Shown here piece after piece: positions 35,421 through 64,000 of a DNA stretch of 64,000 nt. Every line of letters starts with the position of its first letter. Positions within the stretch are counted from its first letter, which is position 1. Both the position numbers and the translations under genes were made by a program. This DNA is from the human T2T-CHM13v2.0 reference genome, Homo sapiens. Location: the NCBI RefSeq assembly GCF_009914755.1, contig NC_060934.1. The stretch is one strand, 5' to 3'. The notes under the pieces were generated by a model, which saw nothing but the letters and a program-made list of their open reading frames with translations, was not told the origin of the DNA and made no database searches.

Positions 35421-36869
35421 CGAACTGAGGGCCTGAAGGCTGAGGGATAAGTGGAGGCCGAGGAACGAGAGGGAGAGAGCGAGAGGGGGAGGCTTGAAGA
35501 GCCCAGAGCTTGGGGGCTTTTGAAAGCTGCGCAGTGGGGGAAAAAGATCGAAGGTCCTGCGGGAATGTGGACCCGGAAGAAGAGATGCTCTGGGTTTGGC
35601 AGCGGGGATGAGGAGTCAGAGGAGCAAGACCTGGGCCGGTGTTCCCTTCCCAGGGCGAGGGAGGGCGATCGGGGCTGGGACTGGAGCCCTCTCATGGGGT
35701 TCTCCTCTTACGGAGCCCTCTTATCCGCCTCCCACCCCGGGTGGGGCTGGTGGTGATGGAGGGCAGGATTTAGGTTTGACTAGAAGGAGGAGGGCTGTTG
35801 GATGGGAAATCGTCTGGCCTCAAGGGGTGAGGGAGGCACTGAAAAAGAGAAGTGTGGTCAAGAAAGAAAAGGAGCCCTTGGGGATCTAATTTTGGGCTTT
35901 GGCATTTTTACAGGTGCCTTTTAAAACATCAAAGATCACTAGGGCAATGTACTTGGATCGTGGGGCTTTCTCGTTCGTGCACAGTGGATCATTTTAAGAA
36001 TCTTGGGTGGAAGGGGCGGTGTGAATCACTGATTTGCCTAAAGGACTGGGGGAAGTAGTGGAGAGGAAGTGATGTTTGAAGAAGGTAGTGGAAGACGTGA
36101 TTCTGAAAATGAAGATATCATTTGGATTTATTGACAGTAATGGTGTCCTTTTTTTCATTGTAATTTTTTCGTAGCTAAGTTTAAATACCAGACATGTTAA
36201 GATCCTAAAAATTTACTATATTACCTTTAAGTTTTAAAAACTTGAAACAAGACTTTGGATACTCAGATTTTAAAAATTAAACTTGAAACAAGAATTTGGA
36301 CACTTGGATTTTACAGATACTCAACATGGACTGGTTCCACTTTCAAAGTTTTAAGTTGACACATGTATTTGCCACATAGTAAATGTATGGTCAATGCAAG
36401 TTTCTGGGTGAAGGGGGCACAGTGAACTTGCCACAGTCTAGGCGCAATACCAAATCTTCCTCTCACTGATAACCCCAGGATTGGACTTATCTCTTGAAAA
36501 TTGGAGAGGTACCTTTGACTGATTGGCAAAACCAATATTGAAATACTATTTTGCAGGTATTGTGTGAATAGTATTTTTAGTAGAGTGATTTGGAAAAATA
36601 AGGACAGAGGATGCTTGTAGTTGGCAGCCAACACAACTGGGACAGGTGGGTATACAGATGCTTTTTATAGAAGACATAGTTCCAAAACATAATTATGCCA
36701 GAAAAAGAATGATTGCAATATTTATATTCACTTTAGTAGAGATAAATTGACTTCCTTTTGTGATTGTTAAGTCATAACATGGTTCCATGAAGTCTTTGAC
36801 TTTAGCCACATGTCTCATATGTTTTACAACTTTTTATGTGATTATAGGTTTGTAAAGTTGTTGGCCATT

Positions 36870-39905
<3,036 letters not shown>

Positions 39906-40327
39906 TGTCTTAAATTTTTGAAGTGCATTTAGTTAAGCTTATGAGTTGTGGCAGAGGACAAGAGGTAGTAACATGAGTATCTGTTATCTTGATACTTGTT
40001 CTGTTGTCTTGAAATTTTTGACAGATAAATTCTAGTTGGAGGTGAGAACCATGGATTCTGCTAATTTAGGGCCTTCCTATAGGTTAACTGGTGTCACTGA
40101 GTTTTTGGAAATACTTGCAAATCTGTTTTAGTTTGGAACTTTGAGATTAAATGGAATTGATGTCAGTTCCATCAATATAATATTAGCATGAAAGCCAGAG
40201 ATTTCCAAAACCATACATTAAAATTTGGCTGCAAATCCAATCCATTTTCACAATATTTAATGGAGTTTGAAGTCTTGAGCCAGTTTCTCATTTTCCATTA
40301 TATTGATTAGATTTTGGATGTAGCATA

Positions 40328-41255
<928 letters not shown>

Positions 41256-41828
41256 ATTTTACCAAATTGATATGTTAAACTGCTAGCCTGGTTAGAATAA
41301 AAATTAGAATTTTAGATACTTAGCTTCTTTACTGGTTTGCTGTGGCATTGCAGCCAGGTCAGGAACCCTTTACCAAATTTATCACCAAAGTCCTATCATC
41401 GTGGAAAAATTTTTGGTATAACTGAGAATATAAAATGGACGGTAATATCTGTCAGATTCTTACTCATTGAGGGGAGACAGTTCTGGATTTGGTGTAGATA
41501 ACTTGGTGCAGCCTGATAGTAGAAGTTAGTTTAAAGGCTATTTGGAACCAGAAAAAGATGTTATTTGGTATATATGACAACTTTTTTTGAGTGAAATTAT
41601 AAGAGTTCACGGTTAGAGCAGCAAAAAAGTCCAAGAACTGAAGTGCAGCCAAGAGAATGATGATGTAACTGAGGAGGGAATTTAATTCTTTTAAAGATGC
41701 TGCCCTAAATTCTACTGCTCAGAAGTGGGACATAACAAAACAGAAAATCACCACTAAAGAGTTTCAAAATGGATGGTAGGAATTAGTGCAAGGTCTTTGA
41801 AACTGTTTTGTAATTATTGCAGATTTTA

Positions 41829-46270
<4,442 letters not shown>

Positions 46271-46667
46271 TACCCCTTCCCCAAAAAATCCTCCTCTGTT
46301 AGCAGTTTTCTGACAATTTGTATTATAAATGGGTATTTGCGATAAAAATTTTGTTAGATGCTTTTTTTATTTATATGCTCCTGTGTTTTTTCTCCTTTAG
46401 CAGGTTAACATGGTGAGTTACGTTGTTTGATTTTCAAATATTGAACCAGCCTTGCATCCCTGGAATGAACCCTGTTTGGTCATGATATATAATTAATTTT
46501 ATATATTGCTGAATTCTGTTTGCTAATATTTGGTTAAGTATTTTTGCATCTATATTCGTGAGGGATATTGGCCCTTCTACAGACACCATCTCCATAGTGC
46601 CAGGTGGAGAAGGGTTAAGTTTTGTACCTTGCTTGCTGGGAAGGAAATGGACACCTCATGCTTGCTT

Positions 46668-46719
46668 CCCACCCCACCTCACCCCACCCCACCCCACCCC
46701 ACCCCACCCCACCCCACCC
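46668..46719. repeat. (CCCCA)n pentanucleotide repeat
   Basis: About 10 units, one CCTCA variant. Confidence 0.9.
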
Positions 46720-47194
46720 TGTGCAGGGGGTTGGGCGGGTAAAGGAGATGAGGGTTGTGGGTGGCTTTGTTACCTCCGATATACCACTGAGTGGTGTTAA
46801 TCCTGAGTCTCCAGCAGGCTTCCTCTGGTAGTACCTCGGCAAGGAGCAGGAGGGGTGCCTCATAAGTGCTGTTTGGGTTTGAAGTCCAAGTTCCCCAAAT
46901 GGACTCCTCTGACAGCATGTTAAGAGAGGGGGAGAGACTTGTTACTGCTAGACAATGATGACAATCCCAGCTCCCTACTTGGTCTTCTCTGATACCACCC
47001 TGGTGTGGAGAGAGATATGGCCGGATTATAACCTGACAGGCTTAAAAATCAAGGCTCTCCATTTGGCCTTTCCTGGTGAGGGTGGGAGTGGAAATGGGGC
47101 TGGTTTTTTATGTGGTGTTTGGCTGGAATAGAGTGGGTTATTGTCTAAAAGTCTTACATCTTGCTAGGCTGTCTCTTTTTCTGGTCCTTTGGTT

Positions 47195-53047
<5,853 letters not shown>

Positions 53048-53728
53048 GGACTTCTTTAAAGTTAAAATGATTAGCTAGTTTCATTTGGCATCTTTAGATT
53101 TGAATTTGTCATCTACGTAGGAAAAAGAAGTTATATAATCTTAGGGACAGTAGAAAATGGTTTGTTTATATAGCCTTAGATACATAACAAAGCCATTAAT
53201 GTTTTAAGAAACACCCCAAAGCCATCTGAGTAGCTACATGAATACATATGATTGGAGATTTGTGTTAGGTTTAGCTGTGATCTTAACCCTTGACATCATA
53301 GTATAGTGGTTAAGAGTAGAGGAAATAAACAACTAGGTAAATCTAGAATACAGGTTATTCTACAAAGAACTACCCTGAACTTGTCTCCCCCTAAAAAGAA
53401 ACAAGAGCTAGGGCACTGTTCTAGACTAAAAGACACTAGCAAGATGTGATGACCAAGTGTAATACATGAACCTAAATTGAATCCTGATTTTTGGAGGAAA
53501 CAGAAATAAAATAAATTTGAGGGGCAATTAGGGGAGATAGTATGGTTAATTTTCTTAGGTGTGGTAATGTGTATTGTACTTATTTAGGAAGTTGTCATTA
53601 TTATTAGAAGATGAATAACAACTGGATGCCGAAATATTTATGGTGAATATCATAATGTCTTTATATTAAACAGTTAAGAAGTGTCTTCAAAATAAGATAT
53701 GAATGCTTAAAAAAAAACACCTATGATC

Positions 53729-55350
<1,622 letters not shown>

Positions 55351-55369
55351 ACTCTAAACATCTTGGCAT

Positions 55370-55545
55370 CTCAAGCCTCACTGTGCATTAGAATCACGTG
55401 GGGAGCTTTTTAAAAAATGCAGATATAAAATTTCTGTCTCTTCTGAGATTCTGATTCAGTTGTCCTAGGATGAGGCATGGACATTGATACAAATACACTG
55501 TAAAATTTCAGACTATTCTAATGTATAGCCAGGGTTGAAAACCTT
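55370..55545. mobile_element. MER5-like hAT-Charlie element
   Basis: gcattagaatcac.tggggagcttt ... attctaatgtatagccagggttgaaaacc. Confidence 0.65.
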
Positions 55546-56215
55546 TGTATATGTAGTTTCCTTGGAAGCCTAGGCAAAGGAGGCATCAAAGAGAATTGGC
55601 TTTTTATATCCTACACTGTCTAGGAGAGAGAGAGACTGAAACTGGGAGATGCAAACAACCTTTTCTAGACAGGTACTCTCTGCTCTGTGGCACTGATGTT
55701 ACGTTAGGTCTCACAGGAAGCTGGATTAGATTTTGCCCAAGACGATCTGTTTTTCTTTGCCCTGATTACTTGCTCTACAAGTAGCGTTCTGATTATTAAA
55801 TCAGCCTCCTAGACACTTCAGAATTATAAAAGGATGTGCCTGAGATAATGCTTGAGCATTCTTTTTAGACACTTGAGTGTCTAGAATTGGTTCTCTAGTT
55901 TATCCATTAGTACCTTGTGAGTTTGCTTTTAGTCTCTCTTGGTTTGACCAACTCTGGGGAATTGACAGGGTCAAGTTTTGATCTCTAAGGGTGAATACCA
56001 GATCCTGATTCCTGGTAAATTTACCAAATTAGTGACCCTGTGTTATCTCTTGACATTTGGACATTTTAAATTTATGGATATAAAACTCCCTGAAGCCGTG
56101 AAGAATTTGTAATAAAGTATTATAATAAAAATATAAATAAAGAGAAATATGTAATAAAATCTTTCCTGTATACTCTTAAGACTGAAATAGCTGTCCAAAG
56201 GCAGATTTTTTTTTT

Positions 56216-59348
<3,133 letters not shown>

Positions 59349-60254
59349 TCTTGTTTAGAAGGACATTGGGGAACTGAATGAATTATTATTTTGATTGCTG
59401 CTTTTTTTTTGCACATTTATTTAATAAATGTTTATTGAGAACCTACCATGTGCTAATCATATAGGCCTTAGTAATCATCTTGATTACTCTATCTTTCCTA
59501 AAAATAAAACAAAAATAACCTAACAAAAACCCACTAAGCTCTTCTGCTGCACTGAGTGCTACTTTTCTTTTCTTTTCTTTTGGTTTTTTTTTGGCTAGAT
59601 ACACTCTCATTTTGCCTTTCCTCCCTTTTCTTTTTCTTTAATTTGTAGTATGGTACTTGTCTGCTTTCATGTTCTTACTACTGTTGAACCTGCTTGGTAG
59701 ATGAAGTAGCCAGATCAGAGCTTTTGTTTTGTGTAAGTTACTAATAGGTTATTTTACTATTCAAGTCTTTTTCCCCTGTCACTAAGTACTTGGTTGAGAA
59801 AAAATAATTGAATAGCTTTTTGAAATAAAACATGTCATTCATTCCAAAGAATGCAAAAGTACATATAGTTAATGAGAAGAGAGCTGAAAAACATATCCTG
59901 CTTAGTTTCCCAGGAAGCTAAGGGGAAAAAACATAAACTTACCTTGCCTTACCTAGAATTGGACCAGAATGTGGACCTTATATGAGACAGCTTGAAGCCT
60001 TGACCTTTGGGTACTTAGCTTGTTCTGAAATCAACAATTCAGAGGACTAAAGAGCCTTTGGTAATCAGTCAGGGTTCACTTGCAAGAGAGAGAAACTTCT
60101 TTGGTCTGGGCTAGGAATGACTTCTACTACAATATTTAAATTGGCCTGTCAGAGGAATGCTACCTTTGCTACAGTCAGAAGGTTGGCATTAGGAGGCCAA
60201 CATGAAATGCTGAGTTTGAGAATGCGCCATCTCAATACCAAAAAAACCCAGTAA

Positions 60255-61400
<1,146 letters not shown>

Positions 61401-62456
61401 CACAGAAAAGAGCATGTATCTGTTATGCAGGTATTAGGAAACCACTACTACTTGCCCCACAACTGCAGCTGCTTCATGACCCTTACAAAGTTAGTGACTG
61501 AAACCTGGAGAATTATGTGCATGTGGTCAGCATTTCCATAATCCTTGTGGATAGCCAAAACTTCAGTAAAACAACTCCCATTTCACCATCTGTTTTCCAT
61601 ATCTCATGAGCATCTCATGAGCATCTAGTTGGCTGAACCTGATTCACATTTGAATCCTAGTAGCAAGGGACCCTGAGGAATAATGATTAGCTTTTCAGAC
61701 TGTGTAGTAGGAGGAAACGACTAGAGGGAGACTAGAAAGGATACTGAGTGCTGCTTCATCATATCTGCCACAGGCACTGAGTCAGAGGTGATTCGTAGAT
61801 GGCAGTGCTCCTTTTAGTCAGGTCACCATTTCCAGTAGTATTGAGAATGTCCTGCAGCTGATAAGTTGGAGAGGTAGGGTGGGGACAAAGTCATTATCTC
61901 TTTTTGCAGTTAATGGGCTGATTGTGCTATGGTATTTGCAGTTTTAATGTGGTAGAACACATTTGGATTATTTAAATTATTGTAAAGAGATTTGGGTCAC
62001 TCTAATGGGATGCATTAAAGACTCATTGACTAAAGACTATCTGGGCTAATGTTTAGGAGTACCAAATGTAAGGTTGTTATGTTTATGATAAGCTTTTTTC
62101 ATTTCATCAAGTATGGATATAAGAATATAATAGAAAATATACTGAGTTCTTTTGCTCTTAGGCTGCTGAAATCTCTAATTAGTATGAACTAAATTTGTTT
62201 GGAGAGAAAAGAAACAAATTTACTAGTAAAGCATTTACTTGCTGAAAATTGCACTTCTTAAAAACAGTTTTCAAAAATTCTAACCAGAGGTCACCCAAAA
62301 GATAAGATATTTCATATTGTTCAGAACAGTCCGGTGTTTTTATCTGTTATCTGTGACTTAAAACTAAGTTTGAATAATTCCTGTTGATAATCGGATTCTG
62401 CAGGAATGACTGTTCTCTCAGCACCTTGATAGGTATTGACCTTTGATGCTTAAGTG

Positions 62457-63905
62457 GTTTTTTCTTTTTTTTTTTTTTTTTTTGAGACGGAGTTTCGCTC
62501 TTGCTGCCCAGGCTAGAGGGCAATGGTGTGAACTCAGTTCACTGCCACCTCCGCCTCCCAGGCTCAAACAATTCTCCCGCCTCAGCCTCCTGAGTAGCTG
62601 GAATTACAGGCATGCACCACCACGCCCGATTAATTTTTTTTTTTTTGCATTTTTAATACAGACAGGGTTTCACAACATTGGCCAGGCTGGTCTCAAACTC
62701 CTGACCTCAAGTGATCTGCCCACCTCGGCCTTCCAACGTACTGGGATTATAGGCGTGGATCACCACCCATTAACATTTTGGACAAGTACCAAGCTTTGCA
62801 TGAAATGCTTTTTAAGGTGGACCACGCTTTAATGGTGTAATAAGAGTTAGTATTTAAATCAGATTTGTTGATACAGTTATTCCACTTCTAGAAATTTAAC
62901 CTAAAGCAATGCAATGCCATTTATAATAATAATAAAATAGTGAACAATTGTTAACAATGGGGAGATGGATAAATTATTGTATAGTCATACAATGGAATGT
63001 TTTAAAACTATCTTTTCAAAAGATATTTAATAGCATTAGACAGGACTCATGCAATAATGTTAAGCAAAATGATACAGAATTATGTATGATGTGATTTCTC
63101 TTTATAGAAAATTTTGTGTGTGAGAGAAATATAACAAATTATAAGGAGTGATCCTTTAGGGATTAGTTTTCAAATTTTCTGTTCTTCAGTGAATATATAT
63201 TGCTTCTATATATTTGGCTTTTTATTATAGAGAGACTTAATTATAAAAGATTCAAACCATGCAGAAACTTGCAGACTAAAAACCCTAAAAATCCTTCCTC
63301 TGTCCCCGACCTAGAGAAATGGAGACCAATTCATCAATTTGTTTTTATATGGATTTTGTTTTTGGTGTCACATCTAAGAGATCTTTACCTAACCCAGGTC
63401 AGAAAGATTTTCTCCTAGAAATTTTCTAGTCTTAGGTTTTATGTTAGGTCTATGATCCATTTTCAGTTAATTCTTATATGTGGTAGAAGTATGAATTGAG
63501 GTTTTTACATATGGGTATCCATTTGTTCCAGCATCATTTAATGAAAAGACTGTGTTTTCTCCACTGAATTGCCTTTGCACATTTGTAGAAAATCAGATAT
63601 CTATATATGTATAGGTTTGTTTCTGGACTCTATATTCTGTTTCCTTGATTTATGTTAACACCACTTTGTCTTGATTTGAGTACTGAGATAGGCAGAAGTC
63701 CCCGGGTTCAAGCAATTCTCCTGCCTTAGCCTCCTGATTAGCTGGGACTACAGGCAAGCACCACCAAGCCGGGCTAATTTTTGTGTTTTTAGTAGAGACA
63801 GGGTTTTGCCATATTGGCCAGGCTGGTCTCGAACTCCTAACCCCAAGTGATCCACCCGCCTCTGCCTCCCAAAGTACTGGGATTACAGGCTTGAGCCACC
63901 CCGCC
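62457..63905. mobile_element. Antisense Alus (62457-62765, 63700-63905) and old L1 fragments (about 62860-63680)
   Basis: Consensus matches. Confidence 0.75.
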
Positions 63906-64000
63906 CTGTCAAGATACAGAATTCTAAAATGACTCCTAATGACCTATGCTTTTGTATAATGGGAGGGACCTGTAATCCCACCTAATCATGGGATATCACT

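Noticed and set aside
34793-35695. 300-aa minus-strand ORF across the CpG island
   Set aside because: Low-complexity P/R/S/G product typical of stop-poor CpG islands

Overview
Human genomic DNA, recognisable as the 10q22.2 DUSP13/SAMD8 locus. The minus strand carries two tandem atypical dual-specificity phosphatase CDSs with identical intron positions and phases: DUSP13A/MDSP (188 aa, 32656-29167) and DUSP13B/TMDP (198 aa, 21382-18174). Between them lies a GC-rich spacer of about 6 kb with several exon-like cassettes. One starts with a perfect-Kozak ATG and a textbook signal peptide. The cassettes can be chained in frame onto TMDP, or, in another frame, into a separate phosphatase-free secreted protein of about 173 aa (my best candidate for something undescribed; inference only). 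A consensus CTCF site lies in this spacer. SAMD8 starts divergently from a CpG island at about 35 kb. Its exon 1 holds a 58-codon ORF open to the splice donor, and the rest of the window is SAMD8 intron 1. Also present: PPIA and RPS26 processed pseudogenes, dense Alus, L1/MIR/L2/MLT/LTR and hAT elements. Repeat family names and boundaries are by eye and approximate. Gene names and literature facts are from memory, not from a search.
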